Below, one piece after another: positions 1-10,375 of a stretch of DNA of 64,000 bases. The stretch is from Tidjanibacter sp. Its GTDB lineage: Bacteria; Bacteroidota; Bacteroidia; Bacteroidales; Rikenellaceae. Where the stretch lies: the NCBI GenBank assembly GCA_963640325.1, contig CAVHXY010000007.1:29668-93667 (forward strand), in the 5' to 3' direction. The notes beneath the pieces were generated by a model. That model saw nothing but the letters and a program-made list of their open reading frames with translations, was not told the DNA's origin and did not search any database. Each line of letters begins with the position of its first letter. Positions within the stretch are counted from its first letter, which is position 1. Made by a program: the position numbers and the translations under genes.

Positions 1-552
1 AGCCTCTCGACCATTCCCATTATCATGCTCACCGGAAGGAATGAATCCAATACCGAACTGAAAAGCCTCATGCTGAATATTGACGCATTCTTTGTCAAGC
101 CTTTCGATCATACTCTATTGCTTGCCAAAGTTTTCCAACTGCTTTCCAGCAAATCAAAGATGAGGGAACAGGTGAGAATAGAATCGATAACTGTAAATGA
201 CGAGAAAGAGTGCATTTCATCCGATGAGCAGTTCTTGCGTAATGTCACCAAGATCATTGAGACCGAAATTTCCAATCCCGATTTGACCGTAACGTTCCTC
301 ACCCAAAAATGTGGCATGGGAGAGAAACAGCTCTACCGAAAAATAAAATTACTTACAGATCTTTCCACTTCAGAATATATTCGGTCAATCCGATTGAAAA
401 AGGCCAGCGGACTGTTCCAGTCCACCGGCCTCACTGTGAGTGAAGTGATGTATAGAGTCGGTTTTTCCAACGCATCCTATTTCACCCGTTGTTTCAAGAA
501 AGAGTTTGGATGCACTCCCATGGAGTATACAAACCGGTACCGCAAAAAGTAG
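1..552 (+). CDS. Hybrid two-component system sensor/response regulator, C-terminal part (receiver end + AraC HTH); 5' end lies outside the window
   Basis: Frame is open from base 1 (..IPIIMLTGR..KPF receiver motifs), followed by AraC HTH (LYRKIK..IRLKKA..VGFSNASYFTRCFKKEFG). Confidence 0.9.
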   Translation, partial: SLSTIPIIMLTGRNESNTELKSLMLNIDAFFVKPFDHTLLLAKVFQLLSSKSKMREQVRIESITVNDEKECISSDEQFLRNVTKIIETEISNPDLTVTFLTQKCGMGEKQLYRKIKLLTDLSTSEYIRSIRLKKASGLFQSTGLTVSEVMYRVGFSNASYFTRCFKKEFGCTPMEYTNRYRKK

Positions 553-575
553 GTGACTTTTTGAAAATACAGGCT

Positions 576-1670
576 TTATTGTTTTTCAATAAAGCCATCC
601 ATTATGACGGTCGGGGTGCCTGTGCTGTCGAAAGCCCCCAATTTGTAACCGCCCGGCAGACATTGTGGCTCCCAGTAGAACACTCCTTTGCAATGTCCGT
701 CAGTCTGATAGTGGGCTTCGCGAATCACTCTGGCCAGTTGGTCTCTTCCCTGCTCCATCAATTCGGGACGGCTTTCATCCACTTCATAACCTGTTTCCAC
801 TATCATTACATCGCAGTTGAATTTCTTCGCAACCCTACGGATGTTGGCCATGCAGTTAGTGATGGTCTCGTCAGCGGTTTTCTGCTTTTTCCCATCTAAT
901 GCCCAATAAGGATAAAGGGACATGCCTATCATATCAAACTTGCCTCCATATTTCAGTATTGTCCCCAGATTGTAGTCATACAACTTGGCATCAAATCCAT
1001 CGTCGAGATGTACAATGACCGTTGTTTCCGGGAATACTGACTTCACTGCATCATAACCGGCACGTATGAATCCAGCATATTGTTCCGGATGAGTTTCAAT
1101 GTACCCCATTGAATAGCCGACTACTGTTTTCCCGTTTTCATCTTTTATGGCCATTCCATTTTCATCGGTCTTGACATTCCACAACATGCCTCTGGATGTC
1201 TCGTTGCCGACTTGCGCCCATCTGGGCTGAATGCCATTCTCTTTGAGCAGAGTGAGAACTTCAACGGTATGGTCGGTAATGTCCCTCTTCATCTGTTCAT
1301 AGTCGTGCCCCATCCAATCCTTGGGAATTGGCTGCTTGGCAGGATCTGACCATGAATCGCTGTAGTGGAATGAAAGCATCACATCCATTCCTTTCGCCTT
1401 TGCCCTTTTGGCCATTTGAAGAACTTCCTCCTTTCCGTTGGAGCCCATTGTGGGATTAACCCATACACGCAGGCGCACTGCGGAAATCTGATAGTCCTGC
1501 AACAGATCAAGACACTCGCGCTCATTCCCTTTTGTGTCATAGAATTTCTGGCCATGCCGTTCCTGCATGGTAAGGAAGCCCACATCAGCACCCTTTACAA
1601 AGTCATCCTGGGCATAAATCGACAGTCCGCTTAGGAACATCATTCCAATTGTTGCCAATAATTTTTTCAT
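576..1670 (-). CDS. Glycoside hydrolase family 53 (arabinogalactan endo-beta-1,4-galactanase)
   Basis: Signal peptide MKKLLATIG; motifs KGADV, VRLRVWVNP, FHYSDSWSDPAKQ, QVGNE, GVFYWEP. Start moved to ATG 1670. Confidence 0.9.
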   Translation of the reverse strand: MKKLLATIGMMFLSGLSIYAQDDFVKGADVGFLTMQERHGQKFYDTKGNERECLDLLQDYQISAVRLRVWVNPTMGSNGKEEVLQMAKRAKAKGMDVMLSFHYSDSWSDPAKQPIPKDWMGHDYEQMKRDITDHTVEVLTLLKENGIQPRWAQVGNETSRGMLWNVKTDENGMAIKDENGKTVVGYSMGYIETHPEQYAGFIRAGYDAVKSVFPETTVIVHLDDGFDAKLYDYNLGTILKYGGKFDMIGMSLYPYWALDGKKQKTADETITNCMANIRRVAKKFNCDVMIVETGYEVDESRPELMEQGRDQLARVIREAHYQTDGHCKGVFYWEPQCLPGGYKLGAFDSTGTPTVIMDGFIEKQ

Positions 1671-1867
1671 TTCATTGTAGTTTAGTTGATTAAGGTTTTG
1701 ATTACTCTTGTAAGACAAAAATATGGAAATTGTGGCTCTGTCATTGGTACAAAAAAGACAAAATCTGACACAAAAAGTCATTCGATGTTGACTCCGTGAA
1801 ACACCAGTCCCCGAAAAACTTGTCAATTGCCCCTCTGCGGCCGAATACTTTGGAGGTTCCATGAACA

Positions 1868-1983
1868 ATTATTGACAATTGTCAATAATCAATGTTGATA
1901 ACTGTTAATGACTGTCAATAATTCAAGCGACACTCTTTCCAAAACATTAAAAATGTTTATAAGCGTCGCCTTTTTGTTGATAA
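1868..1983. promoter_or_regulatory. Cluster of DnaA-box-like 9-mers (TGTnnATAA) including a 22-bp perfect palindrome, upstream of dnaB
   Basis: ATTATTGACAATTGTCAATAAT at 1868-1889; TGTTGATAA at 1893 and 1975; TGTCAATAA at 1880 and 1913; TGTTTATAA at 1954. Confidence 0.55.
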
Positions 1984-2044
1984 CTCATGTTTTTTTGTTC
2001 AGCCATTGTTTACTATAAACAACCATAAAAGGCGAATTATTTCT

Positions 2045-2052
2045 TAACTTTG
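2045..2052 (+). promoter_or_regulatory. Bacteroidota -7 promoter element for dnaB operon
   Basis: TAACTTTG matches TAnnTTTG, about 20 bp before the ATG. Confidence 0.6.
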
Positions 2053-2071
2053 AATTTCAAAACCGAAACAA

Positions 2072-3601
2072 ATGGCCAAAACACGCGAAAACCCAAACGA
2101 CAAACGATATGAAGAACTTACGGGGCTAAGTGCCACCATGCCTCCGCAAGCGCTCGACCTCGAAGAGGCAGTGCTTGGCGCATTGATGCTCGAAAAGGAT
2201 GCGATTATCACCACCCAGGAATTCCTGACGGCCGATGCCTTCTACGATGAGGCCCATAAAATCATATATAGTGCCATAGAGGAGCTGTCGGTAGAATTGA
2301 AACCTATCGACTTGATGACCGTTACTGAAAAGTTGCGCCAGAAGAAGCAGCTTAAGGCTGTGGGGGGCGCCCCCTATCTGGCCCGCCTGACCCAGAAAGT
2401 GGCCTCGGCAGCCCATCTGGAATACCATGCATCCATCATTGCCCAGAAGTATGTCCAAAGAGAGTTAATCAGGGCATCCACCGAGATACAGCGCCGCTCT
2501 TATGACGAATCGACCGATGTAACAGATTTGATTGATTTTGCAGAGTCGGAGATATTCAATATCACCGAGAGCAACATCAAACGCGATGTGCAGTCGTCCA
2601 AAAGCATTTGGGCCAAGGCCTTTGCAATAATCGAAGAGGCGAGCAAGAACGAAGGCACAATAAATGGAGTGCCATCGGGATTCACAGCCATTGACCGTAT
2701 CACATTGGGATGGCAGCCCTCTGACCTGATAATCATTGCAGCACGTCCTTCGATGGGTAAAACGGCTTTTGTGCTCACCATGGCACGGAATATCGTCATA
2801 GAACACAACTGCGGTGTGGCATTCTTTTCTCTCGAAATGAGTGCCATCCAATTGATGATGCGTCTGTTCGTGTCCGAATCGGGACTTACGTCCGAAAATA
2901 TACGTAGCGGGCACTTGACCCCCGAAGATTGGAACAAGTTGGAGCAGTCAACCAAGCCTTTGGCCGATGCCCCTCTGTTCATTGATGACACACCGGCATT
3001 GCCCATATCGGAACTGCGGTCCAAAGCACGACGTCTGAAGACGCAATATGGTATAAAGCTGATCATCATAGACTATCTTCAATTGATGACCGTTGGCAAC
3101 AGCAACACAAAAGGCAACCGAGAACAGGAAGTGGCATTGATCTCCCGATCGCTCAAGGCGATTGCCAAGGAATTGGAACTGCCCATAATAGCCCTGTCGC
3201 AGTTAAGCCGTAACGTCGAGACACGTGGCGGTTCCAAACGGCCGCAACTCTCCGACCTGCGTGAGTCGGGAGCCATAGAGCAGGATGCCGACATTGTGGC
3301 ATTCATTCATCGCCCCGAGTATTATGGGCTTACAACTGATGAGGAGACTGGTGCATCAACAGCAGGCATGGCCGAGATTATCATTGCCAAGCATCGCAAT
3401 GGTCAAACGGACAACGTAAAATTGAAGTTCCGCAAGGAGCAGGCCAAATTCAGCGATTACGATGATGTGGAGATACAGGCTGGCGAGACATACAACAATA
3501 TAGACAGTGCAGGATTTGCCATGACCGGGGTTAGGGATTTCGACATCAGCGATGCACCCGTATACGGGCCGATGAATGACAATGATGCCCCACCATTCTA
3601 A
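2072..3601 (+). CDS. dnaB: Replicative DNA helicase
   Basis: PPQALDLEEAVLGALM, Walker A AARPSMGKT, IIDYLQL, SDLRESGAIEQDAD. Confidence 0.98.
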   Translation: MAKTRENPNDKRYEELTGLSATMPPQALDLEEAVLGALMLEKDAIITTQEFLTADAFYDEAHKIIYSAIEELSVELKPIDLMTVTEKLRQKKQLKAVGGAPYLARLTQKVASAAHLEYHASIIAQKYVQRELIRASTEIQRRSYDESTDVTDLIDFAESEIFNITESNIKRDVQSSKSIWAKAFAIIEEASKNEGTINGVPSGFTAIDRITLGWQPSDLIIIAARPSMGKTAFVLTMARNIVIEHNCGVAFFSLEMSAIQLMMRLFVSESGLTSENIRSGHLTPEDWNKLEQSTKPLADAPLFIDDTPALPISELRSKARRLKTQYGIKLIIIDYLQLMTVGNSNTKGNREQEVALISRSLKAIAKELELPIIALSQLSRNVETRGGSKRPQLSDLRESGAIEQDADIVAFIHRPEYYGLTTDEETGASTAGMAEIIIAKHRNGQTDNVKLKFRKEQAKFSDYDDVEIQAGETYNNIDSAGFAMTGVRDFDISDAPVYGPMNDNDAPPF

Positions 3602-3618
3602 TACACACCGACACAGCC

Positions 3619-5157
3619 ATGTTTACAAAGTGTTACGCAAGTACCATCGCAGGCATTGACGCTCTGACAGTAGAAGTCGAGGCGAATGTTTCGCCTGGGC
3701 TCGGTATGTCCCTTGTCGGTCTACCTGACAATGCCGTCAAGGAGAGCCAGGAGCGCATACGCTCAGCATTCATTAACAGCGAGTTGCGCATGCCAGGAAA
3801 AAGGATTATCATCAATCTTGCTCCTGCCGATGTCAAGAAAGAGGGTTCAGCACTCGACCTGCCGATAGCGGCCGCCATATTGGGAGCGACAGAGCAGGTA
3901 AAAAGCAGCAAGTTCAACGACTATATAATAATGGGTGAGTTGTCGTTGGACGGAACAATAAAGCCCATAAAGGGTGCTCTGCCAATAGCTGTAAGCGCCC
4001 GAGAAAATCATTTTAAGGGGTTTGTCTTACCACGCGAAAACACGGAAGAAGCTGCCGTTGTAGATGGCCTTGAGGTAATCAGCGTAAGTTCCTTGGTAGA
4101 ATTTGCGGAGTGGCTCAATGGCGAAAAAGAGATTGAACCGACAACAAGCGATCAGAAGCACACCTATGACATTACCGGCACTCCATACACGGAAGACTTT
4201 GCAGATGTCAAGGGGCAATTGTATGTAAAGCGCGCCCTGGAGGTAGCTGTGGCAGGAGGCCATAATGTGATTATGATAGGTTCTCCAGGATCGGGCAAAA
4301 CAATGCTGGCCCGCCGAATGCCCACAATAATGCCACCATTGACACTTGACGAAGCATTGGAGACAACCAAGATACACTCCGTAGCAGGCAAATTGGGCTC
4401 GGAAAGCGGTCTGATGAAACACCGTCCTTTCCGTGCGCCACACCACACCACGTCGCCGGTAGCGCTTGTCGGTGGTGGCAGCAACCCGCAACCAGGCGAA
4501 ATATCGCTGGCCCACAACGGAATTCTGTTCCTTGACGAATTGCCAGAATTCGGGCGAAATATTCTGGAGGTATTGCGCCAGCCTCTGGAGGAGAAGAGAA
4601 TTACCATTTCAAGAGCCAAATACAATGTGGTCTATCCGGCAAACTTCATGCTGGTTGCAGCCATGAATCCTTGTCCTTGCGGATACTACAATCATCCCAC
4701 AAAAGAGTGCGTTTGTTCTGCGGGAAGTGTATTCAAATACATCAACCGCATTTCGGGCCCGTTGTTTGACCGAATAGACCTGCACATCGAAGTGACTCCC
4801 GTATCGTTCGAGGAGATGGCGGACAACACTCCTGCAGAGAGCAGTAGCACCATCCGGGAACGCGTAATCAATGCCCGTCACATACAGAATGAAAGGTTTG
4901 GAGAAATAGACGGCATTCATACGAATGCCATGATGAATTCGGCCATGATAAAGGAGTTCTGTCCTCTGAGTGCACAATGCTCCGCTTTGTTGGGCAAGGC
5001 AATGGACAAGCTGAGCCTTTCGGCCCGCGCCTATGACCGCATCATAAAGGTTGCACGTACCATTGCCGATTTGGATGCATCGGCCGATATTCAGCCACAG
5101 CATATTGCCGAAGCAATTAATTACAGAAGTCTCGACAGGGCAAACTGGGGCCGATGA
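3619..5157 (+). CDS. comM: YifB/ComM family Mg-chelatase-like AAA+ ATPase
   Basis: VGLPDNAVKES, INLAPAD, GSPGSGKT, PFRAPHHT, GEISLAHNGILFLDE, MNPCPCG. Confidence 0.93.
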   Translation: MFTKCYASTIAGIDALTVEVEANVSPGLGMSLVGLPDNAVKESQERIRSAFINSELRMPGKRIIINLAPADVKKEGSALDLPIAAAILGATEQVKSSKFNDYIIMGELSLDGTIKPIKGALPIAVSARENHFKGFVLPRENTEEAAVVDGLEVISVSSLVEFAEWLNGEKEIEPTTSDQKHTYDITGTPYTEDFADVKGQLYVKRALEVAVAGGHNVIMIGSPGSGKTMLARRMPTIMPPLTLDEALETTKIHSVAGKLGSESGLMKHRPFRAPHHTTSPVALVGGGSNPQPGEISLAHNGILFLDELPEFGRNILEVLRQPLEEKRITISRAKYNVVYPANFMLVAAMNPCPCGYYNHPTKECVCSAGSVFKYINRISGPLFDRIDLHIEVTPVSFEEMADNTPAESSSTIRERVINARHIQNERFGEIDGIHTNAMMNSAMIKEFCPLSAQCSALLGKAMDKLSLSARAYDRIIKVARTIADLDASADIQPQHIAEAINYRSLDRANWGR

Positions 5158-6680
5158 AAAACAATGGCGATGACATAGGTGGCGTGCCTTTTCTGAGGGT
5201 ATTGCCATTCGTGATTGCAGGAATCGTCGCTGCCAATCTCGTGCACATACCCTTGGCTGTGTCGGTCCCTCTTGGCATCGCATGCATGGTGGTGTGTTTC
5301 CTGGGGACACACCGACAATGGGGTCAAATTGCCTTGTGTATTCTCCTTTTTGCCTGTGCTGCCACAATGGCAGAATTCAGAACCACACGTGCAGTTGTTC
5401 CTCAAGGACGCAAAATCATGGTTTCGCTAACAGTGGAGGAAAATCCTGTCATCAAGGGCCGTTGGCAACGCTGTAGTGCACAGGCAGAAGATTACTGCGA
5501 AGACGATGCCGAAGAGTGGCACAATGCCAACGAGAGGGTAATGGCATACATTGACACTTGTTTCCATGTCTCGGCCGGAGACCGACTTGTTGCCGTAACA
5601 TACTTCAATCCCATCTCGGCAGATTCCTTATCCGGATATGCCAAATTGATGTGGCGTCGAGGTTATACGGCAAAATGTTATGTAACTTCCCGTCTGCCAG
5701 TCGTAGAGTTGCCCCGCAAGGCACACGGTCTTCGCATTGCGGCGGCCCATATGCAGAAAAAAGCCACTGACCGTTTCGACCGGCTGACACTCTCCTCCTC
5801 CACCGAGGCTACGTGCAAGGCAATGACATTCGGGGACAAACGTGGTCTTGACAGTGAGCTGAAAGAAGATTACTCCCTAAGCGGTACGGCTCACCTGTTG
5901 GCCGTCTCCGGACTGCATGTCGGCATAGTGGCCATGTTAGTGAATGCTCTACTGGTCCTTGTCCCTTTTTTGCGATATGGCCATATCATAAAAAACATTG
6001 TCGCCATTGTAATGATCTTGCTATATGCCATGATGGCCGGACTCTCGCCTTCGGTGATTCGCGCAGCCATTATGTTTTGCGGATTCCAGATAGCCATGGC
6101 CACCTCTCAAAAGAGCAATCGTATCAATATCATGGTCGCCACAGCAACTGTAATGCTTGTTTTTAACCCCAACTATCTGTACGACATTAGCTTCCAGTTA
6201 TCATTCCTGGCAGTTGCCGGCATAATGGTGATGTATGCACCGTTATACCGATATTTCAAGTGCCGTTACAAAATTCTCAACATGCTAACAGGCGTGGTAA
6301 TAGTCGGGTTGGCAGCAACGTTCTTCACAGCCCCTGCTGTTTCTGCCCAATTCGGGCGAGTGAGTCTGGTTGGAATATTCATCAATCCCATCGTGCTAAT
6401 TACAGCCAATATTATTGTTCTCATCTCGCTGGCCTACACCATTTTCCCTATCGGATTCTTGACAGTTCCCGTAGAAAAAGTGCTGGAATTCGCTGCCGGC
6501 CTGCAAAACAGACTGGTCTCCTTTAGCGGCAGTCTCCCTTGGGCCTCTTTGAATTTCAGGTTGCCTCAATGGGCAGCAATCACAATATATGTTTTGCTTG
6601 CAGTCGCATTGCTGGCAGTAGTGGTACGCAACAGCAACACAAAACAGAGTACCTCAAAACTCAAACCCCGAGAATCATGA
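5154..6680 (+). CDS. comEC: ComEC/Rec2 family competence membrane protein
   Basis: HLLAVSGLHVG, SPSVIRAAIM, SFQLSFLAV; multiple transmembrane segments. Confidence 0.92.
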   Translation: MKNNGDDIGGVPFLRVLPFVIAGIVAANLVHIPLAVSVPLGIACMVVCFLGTHRQWGQIALCILLFACAATMAEFRTTRAVVPQGRKIMVSLTVEENPVIKGRWQRCSAQAEDYCEDDAEEWHNANERVMAYIDTCFHVSAGDRLVAVTYFNPISADSLSGYAKLMWRRGYTAKCYVTSRLPVVELPRKAHGLRIAAAHMQKKATDRFDRLTLSSSTEATCKAMTFGDKRGLDSELKEDYSLSGTAHLLAVSGLHVGIVAMLVNALLVLVPFLRYGHIIKNIVAIVMILLYAMMAGLSPSVIRAAIMFCGFQIAMATSQKSNRINIMVATATVMLVFNPNYLYDISFQLSFLAVAGIMVMYAPLYRYFKCRYKILNMLTGVVIVGLAATFFTAPAVSAQFGRVSLVGIFINPIVLITANIIVLISLAYTIFPIGFLTVPVEKVLEFAAGLQNRLVSFSGSLPWASLNFRLPQWAAITIYVLLAVALLAVVVRNSNTKQSTSKLKPRES

Positions 6681-7837
6681 CCAAAGAAGAACTCGCCATA
6701 ATCGACACTCCTGCATTTATTGAAACGGTAAGGCAGAATCTTGCCAACGACCCTTTGAAAGTTGCGTTGAACCGCAATATCCCACATGCATCATTGGTGG
6801 CGACTCAAGTCAAATATCTTCAGAAAGCGCAGAAAAAACTCCCGACCTACTACTCTGCATGTGCCATATTGACACAGAAGTCGTTTGAACAGTCAAGCAG
6901 CGAACAGAGTGCATTTCGTAAACATTTCACAGGAGACACTTGTATAGACCTCACTTGCGGAGTGGGTGTAGATTCACTGTATCTGTCAAAAGGATTCCGT
7001 CGTATCGTGGCGGTGGAAAGAGATCCGGTAGCTGCCGAAATCGCACGAATCAATTTCAAGCGCATGGGTGTAGACAATGTCGAAGTGGTGTGTGACAGTG
7101 CCGAGGAGTATCTGAACCGGTGTCCGAAAGCCGACACGATCTACATTGACCCCGACCGGCGCGATGCCGGCAACAATAGGCTTTCGGCACTTGAAGAGTG
7201 CTCGCCGAATGTTTTGGAGTTGCAGGAAAGCTTGCTTGAAAAATGCGACAGACTGGTCATCAAATGTTCGCCGTTGTTCGATGTAAACGAAGCCTTCAGA
7301 CTGTTCGGTCATAATGTACGAGTGAATGTTATTTCGGTACATGGCGAATGCAAGGAGGTGCTTGTTGAGATAAGCGAAAGCATTGGGGGGCCTATGGTTT
7401 GCGCCACGTGCGATTCAGGTTGTTTTGAAACCGGATTCAAGCCGGAAGTCCGCATTTGTTCCGACTCTGAATTCAGAACGGATTTGAAATGTCTTTTGGT
7501 TCCAGACGTAGCTTTGCGCAAAGCCCGTATAGGCAATGAATATATGCATAAAATGGGAATAGACTATTTCGACAACGACAGTGTCGGACTTTCTCAGTGC
7601 TTGCATGAAAACTTTTTGGGCAAGCAGTACGGAATACTGCAAATCTGCGAATACAAGCCAAAATCATTACGACATATTGTCAGCAAATCCGCAGAGATCC
7701 TAAGGCTCAATTTCCCCTACTCCACGGCACAGATATGCAAATCGACAGGTATACGAGAGGGGAACGGGGCAAAATGGATGTTCTGCGGACTCGCAGGAAA
7801 ACTTTGGGCAATAGAGATAAAAGAGTTAACTTTGTGA
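6677..7837 (+). CDS. Class I SAM-dependent methyltransferase with THUMP-like C-terminus
   Basis: EQSSSE, DLTCGVGVD SAM motif, YIDPDRRD, KCSPLFD. ATG 6677 overlaps the comEC stop. Confidence 0.8.
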   Translation: MTKEELAIIDTPAFIETVRQNLANDPLKVALNRNIPHASLVATQVKYLQKAQKKLPTYYSACAILTQKSFEQSSSEQSAFRKHFTGDTCIDLTCGVGVDSLYLSKGFRRIVAVERDPVAAEIARINFKRMGVDNVEVVCDSAEEYLNRCPKADTIYIDPDRRDAGNNRLSALEECSPNVLELQESLLEKCDRLVIKCSPLFDVNEAFRLFGHNVRVNVISVHGECKEVLVEISESIGGPMVCATCDSGCFETGFKPEVRICSDSEFRTDLKCLLVPDVALRKARIGNEYMHKMGIDYFDNDSVGLSQCLHENFLGKQYGILQICEYKPKSLRHIVSKSAEILRLNFPYSTAQICKSTGIREGNGAKWMFCGLAGKLWAIEIKELTL

Positions 7838-7838
7838 T

Positions 7839-8612
7839 ATGAATACAGTAATTATCGGCAGTGGAAATGTTGCAGAGGCCATAGCCCGGGCAATGGCGGA
7901 ATCTCAGACACGGCTTTTGGGAATTTATGCCCGCAACTCACTGCGTGGCAGGGAAATTGCCGCCATGTGCGGATGCAGACATTTTCCTTACGGGGCGACA
8001 TTGCCGGTAGCGGATATATACATAATGGCCATATCGGACAGTGCGATAAGTAAAGTCTCTGCCGAGACGGCTTTTCCGGTTGATGCGATTGTGGCACACA
8101 CCTCCGGCGGTACTGCAATAGAGGCTTTAAGCGACAGGATTGCTCATCGGGCCGTGCTCTACCCCCTTCAGACATTCACCAAAGGCCGCCCAGTGGATTT
8201 CCGTCACATCCCTCTTTTTATAGAGGCAAGCGATGAGCCTACCACAGAAAGGCTCCATACGTTTGCGCACACTCTCTCCGAAGCAGTCTATAGAGCCGAT
8301 TCACAACTGCGGGCGCAGATTCACGTGGCGGGTGTCTTTGCGAACAATTTTACCAACAGAATGTATGGGATAAGCCGGGAAATAATCTCTCGGGCCGGTC
8401 TGCCTTACGATATTCTGAAACCGCTCATAGCCGAAACCTGTGCCAAGGCGATTGAGGCCGAAAACCCTGCGGCAGTGCAGACAGGACCAGCCATAAGAGG
8501 AGACATCGCTACCCAAGAGAGGCATCTTGACCTATTGAAGGGAGACGAGACAAAGACAGAAATATACAAACTGATTAGCAAAGAGATATGGGAAACTTCA
8601 AAGAAGATATAG
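7839..8612 (+). CDS. Rossmann-like and DUF2520 domain oxidoreductase
   Basis: IIGSGNVA, HTSG, YPLQTF, QTGPAIRGD. Confidence 0.85.
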   Translation: MNTVIIGSGNVAEAIARAMAESQTRLLGIYARNSLRGREIAAMCGCRHFPYGATLPVADIYIMAISDSAISKVSAETAFPVDAIVAHTSGGTAIEALSDRIAHRAVLYPLQTFTKGRPVDFRHIPLFIEASDEPTTERLHTFAHTLSEAVYRADSQLRAQIHVAGVFANNFTNRMYGISREIISRAGLPYDILKPLIAETCAKAIEAENPAAVQTGPAIRGDIATQERHLDLLKGDETKTEIYKLISKEIWETSKKI

Positions 8613-9130
8613 CGCACACCGAAGCGTTCGTATTTGATGTAGATGGTGTGTTTACCGATGGAAGCATTACACCTACGCCAGACGGAGATTTTCTGAGAGC
8701 ATACAACACCAAAGACGGATTCGTAATGCGATACACCCTAAAAAAGGGACTGCCTGTATTTATCATAACGGGAGGGCGAGGCATCAACATCGAAAAACGT
8801 TTTACAGATCTAGGGGTCACAAGAATATACCAAAACGCAGATGACAAACTGACCATTCTGAAAAATATAATTGACGAATATGGATACAATCCCAAGTATG
8901 TCGTATTCATGGGCGACGATATTCCTGATCTGGAATGTATGCTGCATGTCGGACTGCCCGTCTGCCCGGCCGATGCAGTGAGTGACGTGCTGGCTGCAGC
9001 CCGTTACGTATCGGCTTTCAATGGAGGCAGAGGATGTGTCAGGGACATCATGGAGCAGGTCTTGCGTGCCCAGGACAAATGGATAGACACATCCCGTTTC
9101 AATGATGCGAAAGACATTCGCTCGGTCTGA
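8588..9130 (+). CDS. kdsC: KdsC-family HAD phosphatase (KDO 8-phosphate phosphatase)
   Basis: FDVDGVFTDG, KDG, MGDDIPD, GGRGCVR. Confidence 0.88.
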   Translation: MGNFKEDIAHTEAFVFDVDGVFTDGSITPTPDGDFLRAYNTKDGFVMRYTLKKGLPVFIITGGRGINIEKRFTDLGVTRIYQNADDKLTILKNIIDEYGYNPKYVVFMGDDIPDLECMLHVGLPVCPADAVSDVLAAARYVSAFNGGRGCVRDIMEQVLRAQDKWIDTSRFNDAKDIRSV

Positions 9131-9345
9131 CAATACGATCAGATATGCCTAGAGGTGTCTGCCGCCAAGGCATTTGTATCGGATTCGTTCAAACCTGTTT
9201 TCGACTTTTTTCTGATTTAGATTAGACCAATTTAGTGCAAGAAAATAGGTCTATATGAAACATACTTTAGTCTATTGGCAGGAATATCTGCAGAAAACAA
9301 AATTAATCGCAGATATTTGCATTGTAACAACAAAAAGATTTCACG

Positions 9346-10260
9346 ATGAAAAAGGAGGAGATGGATGCAATTCCATACGATAAGGCCGATGTTCAAGATC
9401 TGTTTTTCGGAGAGTTCGATGCTTCGATAATCAAAGAGCAGATAAAACGGTATGGCCATCTACCTTACCGGACCGACTGTCTTTCCCACATCTACATCAC
9501 CCAAGGAGAGGTCGGCATTGTGCTTGATGACCACGAATACATATTGAATGGAAATAGCGACAAGAGCTGTCTTCTGGTCATTTTCCCAGACAATAAGGCA
9601 TTGCCGCTATCTTACAGCAGCAACGCAAAAGGCTATTTCCTCGGCATCCATCAAAAGATGTTGGAAGAGATACTGTTTCATATAAGGGAGAATCTGCTCA
9701 TTCCATGGCCCAAAGTAATAGCTACATTAAGAGGCGAAGTTCCTATCCGCAACTTTACAGACAAGGACAATGAAGTACTGCTACTCTCATTGGAGCATGT
9801 CAGGAACATATATGCACGAAAAGATTTCGGATTCCGCGACGTAATGATAAAATTGGCAGTAGGTGAATATCTGCTGGAACTGTGGAATATCATATTGCCA
9901 CAATTATCAAACGATGCCACATTAAGCAGGAAAGTGGGCTACAAGGAGAAAATCTGCAACGATTTTATAGTCATGGCCATGGACAATCACCGCAAGTATC
10001 ATGCTCTGAACTACTATGCCGACCGTCTGAACATCTCGCCACAATACCTGACACATTTGATGAAAAGCACCCAAGGCATGACAGCCAATAAAATCATAAA
10101 TGATATGATTCTTTTGGATGCCAAGGCGATGCTGAAGATTCCCACAAAGTCCATCAAGGAGATTGCATTTGAACTCAATTTCGCCGACCAGTCTTCATTC
10201 GGCAAGTTCTTCAAGAAACACACGGGAATATCTGCATCAAAATTCCGCAAACAGAGTTAG
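9346..10260 (+). CDS. AraC family transcriptional regulator
   Basis: C-terminal YYADRLNISPQYL..IKEIAFELNFADQSSFGKFFKKHTG. Confidence 0.92.
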   Translation: MKKEEMDAIPYDKADVQDLFFGEFDASIIKEQIKRYGHLPYRTDCLSHIYITQGEVGIVLDDHEYILNGNSDKSCLLVIFPDNKALPLSYSSNAKGYFLGIHQKMLEEILFHIRENLLIPWPKVIATLRGEVPIRNFTDKDNEVLLLSLEHVRNIYARKDFGFRDVMIKLAVGEYLLELWNIILPQLSNDATLSRKVGYKEKICNDFIVMAMDNHRKYHALNYYADRLNISPQYLTHLMKSTQGMTANKIINDMILLDAKAMLKIPTKSIKEIAFELNFADQSSFGKFFKKHTGISASKFRKQS

Positions 10261-10312
10261 ATTCGCACAAAGCCACAATCCGGACACTGTTCAACAGTTG
10301 GGTTTTGCCTAT

Positions 10313-10357
10313 AAAACGACAAGTCCCGAGGTTTTGCACCTCGGGACTTGTCGTTTT
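10313..10357. terminator. Bidirectional intrinsic terminator (AraC / nadB)
   Basis: AAAACGACAAGTCCCGAGGT-loop-ACCTCGGGACTTGTCGTTTT between convergent genes. Confidence 0.85.
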
Positions 10358-10375
10358 CACATTCTTGCACAGAAA

